Below, piece by piece: positions 28,539 to 38,691 of a DNA stretch of 64,000 bases. The stretch lies in NCBI GenBank assembly GCA_963714015.1, contig OY970223.1, forward strand, positions 1,344,001-1,408,000, given 5' to 3'. The notes under the pieces are model-generated. The model searched no databases, was not told where the DNA came from, and worked only from the letters and a program-made list of their open reading frames with translations. The position numbers and the translations under genes were made by a program. Within the stretch, counting starts at the first letter, position 1. Every line of letters begins with the position of its first letter. The DNA comes from Vulcanimicrobiota bacterium (lineage in GTDB: Bacteria > Vulcanimicrobiota > Vulcanimicrobiia > Vulcanimicrobiales > Vulcanimicrobiaceae).

Positions 28539-29326
28539 GGCTGCCTCGTGCGCAAAGTGTCGCCGATGCAGATCGCGACGTGCGTCAGTATCTCATTCGC
28601 ATTGCGGGAACGCTCGGCGAACTGCTCGGTCAGGACTTGACCGGGTTATACGTGCACGGTTCGCTCGCCACGGGAGCCTTTCGGCGGGATCGGAGCAACC
28701 TCGATCTCATCCTCGTCGTCCGCAGCACGCTTCCGGAAAGAGTGCGTACCGAAGTGGCGCGGCTCCTCGCTTCGCTTTCCGAGTCGAGGCCCACGCGCGA
28801 AGACATCAACGTTGACGTCGTGACCGAGCAGCATGCGCGTCAATTCGAACATCCCATGCCTTGCGAAGTACGCTACGGGCGAGGAGTGTGGTCGGCGCTG
28901 CCGGCAAGGATCGTGGACGCGCGCGAGCGCGGCGTGACACTGGTTGGTCCAAGCGCCGCCCAAGTATTTTCGCCCGTGCCGTGGTACGCTTACGTGAACG
29001 CATTGGAATCGGAACTGCAGCGCTCCTGCCGCGGTGCAAGAGCGCATCCGGAACGCGTGGTGCTCGCCGCGTGCCGCGTTTTGTACGGCATCAGCAGCCT
29101 ACGGATGCACGCCGCCAACAAAGAAGAGGCGGCGACGTGGGCGATGGATCGCGTCCCGAGCGAATACCGCAGCGCGATCAATGACGCACTGCAAATCTAT
29201 CGCGGAGCCAAAAGCATCGAAGACGTGGTGTTCGCGGAGCCCGAAGTCGCCGAATTTTGCCGGTACGTCCGAAAACAGGCCGAAGCGGCGTTTCGGCGCG
29301 CATCCGACACGGACGATGCGGAATGA
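28535..29326 (+). CDS. Aminoglycoside adenylyltransferase-like nucleotidyltransferase (DUF4111-type C-terminus)
   Basis: GLYVHGSLATG...SNLDLILV, RGVTLVGP, VLAACR, KEEAATW. Confidence 0.75.
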   Translation: MRLPRAQSVADADRDVRQYLIRIAGTLGELLGQDLTGLYVHGSLATGAFRRDRSNLDLILVVRSTLPERVRTEVARLLASLSESRPTREDINVDVVTEQHARQFEHPMPCEVRYGRGVWSALPARIVDARERGVTLVGPSAAQVFSPVPWYAYVNALESELQRSCRGARAHPERVVLAACRVLYGISSLRMHAANKEEAATWAMDRVPSEYRSAINDALQIYRGAKSIEDVVFAEPEVAEFCRYVRKQAEAAFRRASDTDDAE

Positions 29327-30234
29327 ATTCCCTGCAGACCGCGCTCCTCGAATGGTACGCGCGCTGCGGCCGCGAGCAGCTGCCGTGGCGGCGCACGCGA
29401 GATCCCTACGCAATTCTAGTGAGCGAGTTGATGCTGCAGCAGACGCAAGTCGACCGTGCGCTGCAACGCTACGCCGACTTTTTGCGACGGTATCCGACGT
29501 TTCAAGACTTGGCGGCGGCGTCTACAGCCGACGTGTTGCGTTCGTGGAGAGGTCTGGGTTACAACTCGCGAGCCGTTAGGCTGCGCCGCATAGCATGCGA
29601 GGTCGTCGAGCGCTTCGGGGGCGTCATGCCGCGGGACGTTCAGACGCTGCGCTCGTTACCCGGGATAGGGCCATATACTGTTGCGGCCCTGCGCGCGTTT
29701 GCCTTTGACTGCGACGACGCGGCGGTCGACACGAACGTTCGCAGAGTCGTGCACCGGGCGAAATACGGTCTGGAATACCCGCCCGCGGCTTCGGCTGCAG
29801 AGGCTCGACCGTGCCGCGATGGAGCTCGTCCCGCCGGGACGAGGACACGATTGGAATTCGGCAGTCATGGACTTGGGTGCGAGCTGATCTGTACCGCGCG
29901 GGCGCCGAAGTGTCCGTCGTGCCCCTTGCAGCCGCATTGCGCGGCCGCACCGATTGACCCCGCTGTGTTGGAACGCGCACGGGCCGCACATTCGCGGCCC
30001 TCACCGCAAGAGCGCATTCCCTTCGCGAAGTCCACGCGCTTTGCCCGGGGACGAATCGTCGACCGGTTGCGCGACCTCGCCGCGGGAGAACGTATTTCAT
30101 TCCTCGATCTTCACCGCGAGGTTTGCGAGCCTGCGGGCCGTACCCGCGCAGAAGTGGAGGCCATCGTTCGAGCGCTCGCATCGGACGGATTGGTCGATGT
30201 TCGCGACGGGACGCTGGCGCTGCGCGATCAGTAG
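29323..30234 (+). CDS. mutY: A/G-specific adenine glycosylase (short form) with two compensating frameshifts at ~29803 and ~29883
   Basis: LPWR..DPY, SELMLQQTQV, WRGLGY, LPGIGPYT, VDTNVRRV, CTARAPKCPSCPLQPHC; the segment WNSAVMDLGA lies in the +1 frame. Confidence 0.9.
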   Translation: MNSLQTALLEWYARCGREQLPWRRTRDPYAILVSELMLQQTQVDRALQRYADFLRRYPTFQDLAAASTADVLRSWRGLGYNSRAVRLRRIACEVVERFGGVMPRDVQTLRSLPGIGPYTVAALRAFAFDCDDAAVDTNVRRVVHRAKYGLEYPPAASAAEARPCRDGARPAGTRTRLEFGSHGLGCELICTARAPKCPSCPLQPHCAAAPIDPAVLERARAAHSRPSPQERIPFAKSTRFARGRIVDRLRDLAAGERISFLDLHREVCEPAGRTRAEVEAIVRALASDGLVDVRDGTLALRDQ

Positions 30235-30251
30235 CCGCGGGAGGAAGAAGC

Positions 30252-31001
30252 TTGCCGAAGATACCGTTCCCGCTGCGTAAGGTCGGCCGTTCGGTCGCAG
30301 AGCAAGAGCTTGCGATACTCGAGCGATCCTACCCGCATGCCGAAACGGCGCTGCGCTATACCAATCCGTTCGAACTCATCGTGGCCGTCATTCTCTCGGC
30401 CCAGTGCACCGACGCTCGCGTGAATATGACTACGCCGGTTCTGTTCAAGAAGTATCCGACGCCGCAGAAGCTCGCCGTCGCCAAGCAATCCGACGTCGAG
30501 CAGATCGTCAAGTCGTGCGGTTTTTTTCGAATGAAAGCGGCAAACATCATCAAGTGCGCGCAGGCTTTGGTCGAGCAGCACGGCGGCGAGGTCCCGAAGG
30601 AACGCGAGCAACTGGAGGCGCTCGCCGGCGTGGGGCGCAAAACGGCCAGCGTGGTGATGTCCGTAGCGTTCGGCGAAGCCGCAATCGCGGTCGACACGCA
30701 CGTGTTTCGCGTTTCTCATCGTATGGGACTCACGCTCGGAAAGACGCCGCTCGACGTGGAGAACGATCTGAAAGCGCTGGTTCCGCGGATTAAATGGCGT
30801 CACGCTCACCACTGGCTTATCTTGCACGGCCGCGCCATCTGCAAGGCACCGACGCCGCTATGCGGCGCATGTCCGGTGAAACAACTCTGTCCGACGCCCA
30901 AAATTCTCGCTAAAACGTTAGGGGTCCGGACCCTTCCAGATGCGGCGGGCGCGGAAGCTCGGCGTCCTGCGAGATCGCCTTCAGCAAGGAAGAAGGCGTA
31001 A
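30252..31001 (+). CDS. nth: Endonuclease III
   Basis: LSAQCTD, LAGVGRKTA, AVDTHVFRV, HGRAICKAPTPLCGACPVKQLC; TTG after GGAGG. Confidence 0.95.
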   Translation: MPKIPFPLRKVGRSVAEQELAILERSYPHAETALRYTNPFELIVAVILSAQCTDARVNMTTPVLFKKYPTPQKLAVAKQSDVEQIVKSCGFFRMKAANIIKCAQALVEQHGGEVPKEREQLEALAGVGRKTASVVMSVAFGEAAIAVDTHVFRVSHRMGLTLGKTPLDVENDLKALVPRIKWRHAHHWLILHGRAICKAPTPLCGACPVKQLCPTPKILAKTLGVRTLPDAAGAEARRPARSPSARKKA

Positions 31002-31425
31002 GCGCTTCTCCGTAACCCGTTTCGGTCGATACTTTGGAAAGGTTTACCAAAGACGGCACGCGCGCGTCGGGTTCGAACTGCCACTCACCGTCCAACTCGA
31101 GTCCGCTTATGCGAACGAGCTGGTGGACTTCGTCGAGATCCAGACTCACGCGCCGCCGGTCCATGCGCAGCCGCAGGCGCGGCGGTTTGTCCAGACGGAT
31201 GAATTTGACACCATTGCGCTCTCCCAAGATCGAGTTCAAACGCTTGGAGCCCGCTCGCAGAAGATCGCCGAAGGCAGCAAAAGCGGACTCGGCGTCCTCG
31301 TAAAGCGCTCCCTCAGCCGCCTCGCGATCGATGACGCGATCGAGCTCGCGGCGCGTGCGTATGCGGGTTGCAGCGGCGACGATCGGGTTTTGTGCGGTGA
31401 ATTCTTCGTCGAACGGGTCCGGCAT
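30910..31425 (-). CDS. Hypothetical protein
   Basis: 171-aa ORF from ATG 31425 with protein-like composition, filling the gap between nth and the S9 peptidase; converges on nth with a 92-bp overlap. Confidence 0.65.
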   Translation of the reverse strand: MPDPFDEEFTAQNPIVAAATRIRTRRELDRVIDREAAEGALYEDAESAFAAFGDLLRAGSKRLNSILGERNGVKFIRLDKPPRLRLRMDRRRVSLDLDEVHQLVRISGLELDGEWQFEPDARVPSLVNLSKVSTETGYGEALTPSSLLKAISQDAELPRPPHLEGSGPLTF

Positions 31426-31466
31426 GCCACAAGTATTCGAGGATTGCTTCGGTGAACTCCGCCCGC

Positions 31467-33624
31467 ATGGCGAAACGCGCTCGAGCGCTGACCATGCTGC
31501 TGGCGGCGACGCTCTGCGCAAGCGCATTACCTGCGCCTGCCGCGGGCGAACTGACGCTCGATGCAGTCTTCGCCGCCGTTCCGCCATGGGGAGTGCAACC
31601 GGACGGCATCGTTTGGTCGCCTGACGGGCGCTCGTTTCTTTACGTGCTGTCGACGCAGGATCCGTTCGCCGTACTGCCGCTGCGGCAATACGACGTAGCC
31701 AGCGGAAACAGTCGCATCATCGTCGATCCCGCGCAGTACGGCAAAGACGCAAAGACCCCCGCGGGCGTGCAATGGTCGCCCGACGGCAAATTGATCGCGT
31801 TTGTCGAAGCGGGGACCCTCTACGTACGCGACCTGTCCACAAATCTGGATCGCCCGATCGACAAAGACGTGGACGATCCGCAGTGGTCGCCGAGTTCCGG
31901 AGCTATCGCTTACGTCAAGAACGCCGATCTGTACGTTGCTCGTTTGGATCCCAAGCTCGCGATTCGCCGCCTTACCACGGGCGGCGTAGAGAATGAAGTT
32001 TTGAACGGCGGACTCGATTGGGTCTATCCCGAGGAACTGGGAACGCAACACGGTTTTGCGTGGTCGCCGGACGCGCGCCGCATTGCGTACATGCAGATGG
32101 ACGAGCGGCTGGTGACGGCTTTCCCGATCGTCGACTTTTTGAAGACCGACAACTCCGTGACGCTGCAGCGCTACCCGCTCGCTGGAGAACGCAATCCGCG
32201 CGTTTCGCTGCACGTCGTCGACGCATCGGGCGGTAAGGAACGGCTGGTCTATGACGCCGGAGCTCGCGACGAGTATCTGCCGTTCTTCGGATGGAAACCC
32301 GCGAGCGACTCGTTGATCGTAGAAACGCTCGATCGCGCGCAGACGCATTTGCGCGTCTGGGACTACGAGCATGCCGCCGGAACTGCGCAAGTATTGTACG
32401 CGCAGGACGACTCGAAATGGGTCGGAGCCGTCGAGGGCAACGGCGACGTTCCGCTTCCGACCTGGCTGCCCGACGGGACTTCAATCTGGACGCTCGATCG
32501 CGACGGAGTGACCGGGTTGTACCGGCGCAGCATTTCCGGGACGCTTAAGCGCCTGACCGGATCGTACCGGACCTACACGCTCTGGGCGGTGGACCGCAAA
32601 GCCGAATTCGCCTACTATCAAGCCGCATACCCGACGCGGCGCGACTCCTCGCTGCTGCGAATCTCCGTACAGGGCGGCGCTCCGCAGAACCTCACGCCCG
32701 CGCCGGGAGAACACCTTATCACCTTGGCGCCCAATGCTGCTTTCTTCGTCGATCAGCACTCGACGCTCAACGACCCGCCGCAGACCGACCTGATCGCATG
32801 GGCAGAGCGGCGCCGTTCGCGCAACTTTGGCCGTCCGCAACGAAGATCTGCGATCCGCGTTACTGTTCACGCGAATGCTCTCCGTCGATTCACCGTACGG
32901 GAAACTCGACGCGATGATGATGCTGCCGCCGCAGTTCGATGCTGCCCGCAAATACCCGGCTATCGTTTACGTGTACGGTGGACCGGCTACGCCCACGACG
33001 GGAAACGGTTTCGGCGGACAACGGGAGCTCTATCATCAACTGCTGGCGCGACGCGGGTTCATCGTCTTCAGCATAGACGGTCCGGCCTCGCAAGTGGACA
33101 GCGACGCGCACGTTCAGCTGCTTTACCACAATTTCGGCCCTGGCTCGCTGCTCGGTCAGGAGATCGGGGCTCGGTATCTTCAATCGCTGCCGTACGTCGA
33201 TTCGTCGCGGATCGGCATCTGGGGCTGGAGCTTCGGCGGTTACGAAACAATCTACGCGCTCACGCACTCGTCTCTTTTCAAAGCCGGCGCCGCCGTAGCG
33301 CCCGTCACCGATTGGCACTATTACGATTCCATTTACACCGAGCGCTATATGGGAACGCCGCAAAACGATCCGAAGGCTTATGATTCGAGCTCCGACGTGA
33401 AGGCCGCGGCAAATCTGCACGGCGATCTGCTGATTAGCCATGGAACCTCGGACGACAACGTGCACATGGCGAACACGATCGCGCTTTTGCAAGCGTTCAT
33501 CGACGCGGACAAAACGAACGTGGATTTCTACGTCTATCCGCGCCGCACGCATTCGATTGCCGGTTTGCCGCAGCGGCGGCACCTCTACGAACACATGCTT
33601 CTGTGGTGGACCCGCCATCTATGA
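31467..33624 (+). CDS. S9B dipeptidyl peptidase IV family protein, split by a frameshift at ~32801
   Basis: Signal peptide, WSPDG repeats, NGGLDWVYPEE, YPLAG; second frame carries VYGGP, GWSFGG (Ser), DDNVH (Asp), THS (His). Confidence 0.9.
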
Positions 33625-34427
33625 CCCCGGAAAATACGCCGGGTTTCGAGGTCGTCGTGGACACGCCGGGCTGGCGTAAAGTCAGACCTCGCATTCCTGA
33701 CACGCCGCAGCGCCGCGAACTGGAAGGGCAGCGCAGCGTGCGGGAGCTGGTCTTCGGGATTCAGGACGGCATTCTGACGACCCTCGGAATCGCGACCGGC
33801 GTGGGCGTTGCAGAAGGCAAGAATTGGTTCGTGCTGGTGAGCGGACTGCTGGCGCTGCTCTCCGGCGCGCTCTCCATGGGCGTCGGCGAATATTTGGGCG
33901 GAAAGGCGGAGCGAGAAGTCGTGCAAGCGACTATTGAGATGGAGAAGGCGGAAATGGAGGCGAATCCGCACGACGAATTCGCCGAGCAAGTCGCGTACTA
34001 CAAGCTCAAAGGCTTCAGCGCCGAAGAAGCGCACATGATCGTCTCGCGCCTTGCGCAGAACCCCGAGATCTATCTTTACGAGATGATGCGCGACGAGTTC
34101 GGCATAGATCCGAGGATTGCGGAAGAGGGTGGATTGCGCGGCGCGCTTTCCATGGCCGGTTCATTTGCGATCGGCGCGATGCTGCCGCTCATACCGTATT
34201 TCTTTCACTGGAACCCGGCTTGGACGCTTGGGCTGAGTCTGGCATTTGCGGTTTTAGGGTTGTTCGGAGTCGGCTTCTATGCAGCAACGCTCAGCAACCG
34301 CAGCCCATGGCGCAAAGGAGCAGAGATCGTGATCTTCGGAATGCTCGTCTTCGCCGTTTCGTGGGCCGTGGGCATGTATCTCCCCGTCCTCTTCGGACAC
34401 GCGGGCACGAACGTGCTGGGAGGATAA
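33621..34427 (+). CDS. VIT1/CCC1 family Fe/Mn transporter
   Basis: VFGIQDGIL, GALSMGVGEYL, acidic cytosolic loop, SFAIGAMLPLIPY. Confidence 0.9.
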   Translation: MTPENTPGFEVVVDTPGWRKVRPRIPDTPQRRELEGQRSVRELVFGIQDGILTTLGIATGVGVAEGKNWFVLVSGLLALLSGALSMGVGEYLGGKAEREVVQATIEMEKAEMEANPHDEFAEQVAYYKLKGFSAEEAHMIVSRLAQNPEIYLYEMMRDEFGIDPRIAEEGGLRGALSMAGSFAIGAMLPLIPYFFHWNPAWTLGLSLAFAVLGLFGVGFYAATLSNRSPWRKGAEIVIFGMLVFAVSWAVGMYLPVLFGHAGTNVLGG

Positions 34428-34436
34428 GGTTGCGGC

Positions 34437-34463
34437 AAAAAAAAGCGCGGCGAATGCCGCGCT
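34437..34463 (-). terminator. Intrinsic terminator after the Lys-rich protein gene
   Basis: Minus strand AGCGCGGC-ATTC-GCCGCGCT followed by a T run. Confidence 0.8.
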
Positions 34464-34487
34464 CGAATGAAATAAAGACGGGTTTAC

Positions 34488-34868
34488 TTACTTTCCGGTT
34501 TTCTTCTTTGCCGTTTTCGCGGCTTTCTTGGCGGCTTTGGTGCCCTTGTTGGCGACCTTCGTTGCCTTCTTCGCGGGCTTCACTTTGTCGGCCATCTTTT
34601 TGACGGCTTTCTTAGCGGGCTTCACAGCCTTCTTGGCGGCTTTCGTCACCTTCTTGGCGACCTTGGTTGCCTTCTTAGCCGGCTTCACTTTGTCGGCCGT
34701 CTTCTTGACGACTTTCTTCGTGATCTTGGCGGCCTTGAGGGCGGCCTTAGCGGCGGACTTGACCGGTTTGACGGCCTTGTGCGTCGTCTTCGCGACGGGA
34801 TTTGCGGCCATGGCCGTGCCCGTGAGAAGGAACGCCGATGCAATCAACGATGCGAGAATCTTCTTCAA
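34488..34868 (-). CDS. Secreted Lys/Ala-rich low-complexity repeat protein (histone H1-like composition)
   Basis: TTG start after AAGGAGGT; signal peptide MKKILASLIASAFLLTGTAMA; K/A/V/T repeats with a 105-bp internal duplication. Confidence 0.85.
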   Translation of the reverse strand: MKKILASLIASAFLLTGTAMAANPVAKTTHKAVKPVKSAAKAALKAAKITKKVVKKTADKVKPAKKATKVAKKVTKAAKKAVKPAKKAVKKMADKVKPAKKATKVANKGTKAAKKAAKTAKKKTGK

Positions 34869-34884
34869 AACTTTCACCTCCTTT

Positions 34885-34915
34885 AAAAAAAGTTCCCGTG
34901 CATCAGCACGGAACT
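34885..34915 (-). terminator. Intrinsic terminator immediately before the RBS of the Lys-rich gene
   Basis: Minus strand AGTTCCGTGC-TGAT-GCACGGGAAC-TTTTTTT, then AAAGGAGGT. Confidence 0.75.
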
Positions 34916-35039
34916 AGAACGGACTCGCTGCGCGAGCGGGCCCCCGATATTGGAAGGGGCTCGAATGCGTAACGCGGTTCGCCCGGGGCTTGTTCCGCGG
35001 GCTCGCTTGCTCTCCCTTTACGATTGTGTAAAGCGCTTC

Positions 35040-36227
35040 TTATGAGCTGCCGGAACTCGGCGGCTTCCACTTTCCGACTAGCGAGCGTGAGATGACCAGA
35101 CGCTGGATTTGCTGCGTCCCCTCGTAAATCTGGGTGATTTTTGCGTCGCGCATCATTCGCTCCACCGGGTATTCCACCGAATATCCGAAGCCGCCGAGCA
35201 CCTGAACGGCATCGGTCGCGACGCTCATCGCAACGTCGCCGCACTTCAACTTGCACATTGCCGCCCAGAGTGTAACGTCCGCAGCGCCTTCGTCGCACTT
35301 GCGCGCCGCTTCGTACAAAAGAAGGCGCGCCGCTTCGACTTCCGTCTTCATGTCGGCCAGCATGAACCCGATGCCTTGCTGCTGTCCGATCGGTTTGCCG
35401 AACGCGATGCGCTCCTGTGCGTACTTCGCCGCGTAATCCAGTGCGCCGGCCGCGATTCCAAGAGCTTGCGCAGCAATGCCGGGGCGCGATTTATCGAGTA
35501 CCTTCATCGCGATTTTGAAGCCCTGCCCTTCGGGACCGATCAGGTTCTCTTCCGGCACCTCGCAATTGTCGAATACGAGCTCCACGGTCGGCGATCCGCG
35601 AATCCCCATCTTTTTCTCGAGCTTGCCGACCTGGAAACCGGGGAACGTCTTCTCGACGATGAACGCGCTGATGCCGTTCGGCCCCTTGGACGGATCGGTC
35701 ACCGCGAAAACGCAGATGACGTCGGCGACGCTGCCGTTGGTTATCCAGATCTTCTGACCGTTGAGCACCCATTTATCGCCGCGTTTCTCCGCGCGCGTGC
35801 GCATCGAACCGGCTGCGTCCGAGCCGCTTCCCGCTTCGGTGAGCGCATAGGCTGCGATCCATTCGCCCGATGCGAGTTTCGGCAAATACTTTTTCTTCTG
35901 ATCTTCGCTGCCGCCGATGAGGATGGGAAGCATCCCGAGCTCTTGCACCGCGACGATGAGCGAACTCGACGCGCACGCCTTAGCGATCTCCTCAACCACC
36001 TTGACGTAGGTTAAAAACGTGCCTCCCACGCCGCCGTACTCCACCGGAATCGGAATGCCGAGCAGATCGTTCTCCGCGAAGATCTTTCGAATGTCTTGCG
36101 GGTACTCGCCCCGCTCGTCGATCTCCGCGGCGCGCGGTGCGACTTTTTCCTGAACCAAATCCCGGACGACGTCCAGAATCATCGCCTCTTCTTCGGACGA
36201 TGCGTAATGCGGTGTGGCGACGGCCAT
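35040..36227 (-). CDS. Acyl-CoA dehydrogenase
   Basis: [57 protein letters not shown]. Confidence 0.95.
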   Translation of the reverse strand: MAVATPHYASSEEEAMILDVVRDLVQEKVAPRAAEIDERGEYPQDIRKIFAENDLLGIPIPVEYGGVGGTFLTYVKVVEEIAKACASSSLIVAVQELGMLPILIGGSEDQKKKYLPKLASGEWIAAYALTEAGSGSDAAGSMRTRAEKRGDKWVLNGQKIWITNGSVADVICVFAVTDPSKGPNGISAFIVEKTFPGFQVGKLEKKMGIRGSPTVELVFDNCEVPEENLIGPEGQGFKIAMKVLDKSRPGIAAQALGIAAGALDYAAKYAQERIAFGKPIGQQQGIGFMLADMKTEVEAARLLLYEAARKCDEGAADVTLWAAMCKLKCGDVAMSVATDAVQVLGGFGYSVEYPVERMMRDAKITQIYEGTQQIQRLVISRSLVGKWKPPSSGSS

Positions 36228-36312
36228 TGGCTACTCCTGCAGATTGGGAAAGCGGGGCGTCACTCTTCGCGCCAAAGGCGCTGCCGTCCCCGCTGGCATA
36301 CTTCTCCGGTCT

Positions 36313-37068
36313 ATGGACAAAGTGGTTTCTTCTTGCGCCGAGGCAGTCAAGGACATCCCGAGCGGCGCTACGCTGGCCGTCGGTGGGTTTGGACTGAACG
36401 GCATACCGCACAATCTGATCCAGGCGCTTCTTGAAGAAGGCGCAACGGATCTCGTTACCGTTTCGAACAACTGCGGAGTCGACGGCTGGGGACTGGGTGT
36501 GCTCCTGGACGCCAAACGCATCAAGCGCACCACCGGTTCATACGTCGGGGAAAACAAAGAGTTCGAGCGGCAATATCTTCACGGAGAGCTCGAAGTGGAA
36601 CTGGTTCCGCAAGGAACGCTCGCGGAGCGGCTGCGCGCCGGAGGTTGCGGAATTCCGGCGTTTTATACGCCGGCCGGCGTGGGCACGCAGGTAGCGGAAG
36701 GCGGCCTGCCCTGGAAATACAACGCCGACGGCAGCGTTGCCAAACCTTCTCCGCCCAAAGAGACGCGCGCGTTCAACGGTCGCGAGTACCTGCTCGAAGA
36801 GGGCATCGTCTGCGACTTCGCGCTGGTGCGCGCGAGCGTGGGCGATCGCCACGGAAACTTGATTTTCCACAAAGCCACGCGAAACTTCAATCCCCTCTGC
36901 GCGATGGCCGGAAAAATCACGATTGCCGAAGTCGAAGAACTCGTCGAACCCGGAGCGCTCGATCCGCAGAACGTTCACTTGCCCGGCATCTTCGTGCAGC
37001 GCGTCGTGCACGTCGGACCGCAAGGAAAGCGCATCGAACGGGTTACCACGCGAAAGAAGGAAGCATAA
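36313..37068 (+). CDS. scoA: 3-oxoacid CoA-transferase subunit A
   Basis: [41 protein letters not shown]. Confidence 0.9.
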   Translation: MDKVVSSCAEAVKDIPSGATLAVGGFGLNGIPHNLIQALLEEGATDLVTVSNNCGVDGWGLGVLLDAKRIKRTTGSYVGENKEFERQYLHGELEVELVPQGTLAERLRAGGCGIPAFYTPAGVGTQVAEGGLPWKYNADGSVAKPSPPKETRAFNGREYLLEEGIVCDFALVRASVGDRHGNLIFHKATRNFNPLCAMAGKITIAEVEELVEPGALDPQNVHLPGIFVQRVVHVGPQGKRIERVTTRKKEA

Positions 37069-37069
37069 A

Positions 37070-37735
37070 ATGACCCTGACTCGATCGCAGCTCGCCGCTC
37101 GCGTCGCGCAGGAAGTGCGTGACGGCGAATACATCAATTTGGGCATCGGTCTGCCCACCTTGATTCCGAACTACGTCCCGCCGAGCGTCACGGTCGTGCT
37201 CCAAAGCGAGAACGGTATTTTAGGAATGGGCCCATACCCGTACGAGGGTCAAGAAGATCCGGATCTGATCAACGCCGGTAAGGAAACCGTCACCGTTCTT
37301 CCGGGAGCCTCGTTCTTCGATTCGTCGCTCTCGTTCGGAATGATTCGCGGCGGCCACATCGATCTCGCGGTACTCGGCGCGATGCAAGTTTCCGAAAAAG
37401 GCGATCTCGCGAACTGGATCATTCCGGGGAAGATGGTCAAGGGCATGGGCGGCGCCATGGATTTGGTTCACGGCGCCAAGTACCTAATCGTGATGATGGA
37501 GCACGTAGCGAAAGACGGAACGCACAAGATCGTCAAGGAGTGCACGCTGCCTTTCACGGGCAAGCGCGTCGTGAGCCGCATAATCACGGATATGGCGACG
37601 ATCGACGTCACGCCCGAGGGTCTGGTCCTTCGCGAATTGGCCCCGGGCGTGAGTCTGGATGAAGTGCGCGCTGCTACGGGCGCGCCGCTAGCGGTGCCCG
37701 AGCCCCCGAAGAGGATGCAGGTCAGCGCACCTTAG
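37070..37735 (+). CDS. scoB: 3-oxoacid CoA-transferase subunit B
   Basis: NLGIGLP, QSENG (catalytic Glu), [24 protein letters not shown]. Confidence 0.92.
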   Translation: MTLTRSQLAARVAQEVRDGEYINLGIGLPTLIPNYVPPSVTVVLQSENGILGMGPYPYEGQEDPDLINAGKETVTVLPGASFFDSSLSFGMIRGGHIDLAVLGAMQVSEKGDLANWIIPGKMVKGMGGAMDLVHGAKYLIVMMEHVAKDGTHKIVKECTLPFTGKRVVSRIITDMATIDVTPEGLVLRELAPGVSLDEVRAATGAPLAVPEPPKRMQVSAP

Positions 37736-38154
37736 CACGGCCCGAGCCACGTTGCGTTGCTGGTTTGGTCCAATTGCATTGCGCGCGTGAGCTGTTGCCA
37801 CTGCGCAAATTCAGCACGGCCGGCCGAGCCGCCGAGGCGATCGTAAAGATCGATCGTCGCGGTATTGGTGCTTCCCGGACGCAAACAAACGGTGCCGGCG
37901 CTTTGCGCGAATCCTTCGCGCGAAAATGAGAGCGTCGCTTGTCCGATCGGCGCATCCCAGAGCATATAAAAGCCGTCGGAACCGCTCACAGCGCTGGCTT
38001 CACCCGCGGGAGACTTCACGCTTACGTGGACGCCCGCTATCGGACGGCCCGTGTTTGCGTCGACGACTTTGCCTTGGACGTATGCCATCGACGATGCCGA
38101 AGCTAATGCCGGGCAAAGCGACGCAAGAAAAAGGCACAGATACAAGCGTTTCAT
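37732..38154 (-). CDS. Secreted carboxypeptidase-regulatory-like (transthyretin-like) domain protein, paralog 1
   Basis: Signal peptide; G.V.D..TG.PI.GV.V...DGFY.L...P.G....F.REG pattern; GGAGG RBS. Confidence 0.8.
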   Translation of the reverse strand: MKRLYLCLFLASLCPALASASSMAYVQGKVVDANTGRPIAGVHVSVKSPAGEASAVSGSDGFYMLWDAPIGQATLSFSREGFAQSAGTVCLRPGSTNTATIDLYDRLGGSAGRAEFAQWQQLTRAMQLDQTSNATWLGPC

Positions 38155-38235
38155 TCGTTACCTCCGTTCGTAAACGCTTGTATCCATAACGCTCGAGCGG
38201 CAGCGATTATGACAGCTGCGATACCGGCGCCGCGG

Positions 38236-38652
38236 TTAACCGCAATTTGACAAATACGTCGCGTCCTGCGTCATCAGCAGAACGGATGATTGGCGGCTGT
38301 GCAGCCAGTGCCGGTATGCGGCACTTCCGGGATACTTCGAGAGCCGCGCGTCGATCGTGCGCTTCAAATTGGGATTCGAGCAGAGTTTTCCGCTCATCGT
38401 CAGGTAACCGTCGCGTTCATACGAGACCGTAACGGGCCCCGGTGGAACGTTCATAAGCGAATAGAATCCCTTCGCATTGGTCGTCGTCGTGACCGTTCCG
38501 GATTTTGAAACGGCGCGAACGTGAACACCCTGCAGCGGCTGCCCCGTATTGAAATCGCGAATCGTTCCCTGAAAAATCGGCGCGTACTGCGCGGACGCGA
38601 AAAGCGGCAGCAACAGCACCGACAGCGCCGCGACGGATGCAATCGTCTTCAT
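38236..38652 (-). CDS. Secreted carboxypeptidase-regulatory-like domain protein, paralog 2
   Basis: Signal peptide; GTIRDFNTGQPLQGVHV...KGFYSL.NVPPG; AGGAGG RBS. Confidence 0.8.
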   Translation of the reverse strand: MKTIASVAALSVLLLPLFASAQYAPIFQGTIRDFNTGQPLQGVHVRAVSKSGTVTTTTNAKGFYSLMNVPPGPVTVSYERDGYLTMSGKLCSNPNLKRTIDARLSKYPGSAAYRHWLHSRQSSVLLMTQDATYLSNCG

Positions 38653-38691
38653 ACTATCCTCCTGTGCGGCCGAGGATCGGCCTGCCCGGTC

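Noticed and set aside
30910..31001. 92-bp convergent overlap between nth and a hypothetical gene
   Set aside because: The overlap covers only a non-conserved nth tail, which is common in compact GC-rich genomes.
34528..34917. Hydrophobic 129-aa ORF on the + strand
   Set aside because: It is the antisense mirror of the Lys-rich gene, which has the RBS, signal peptide and terminator.
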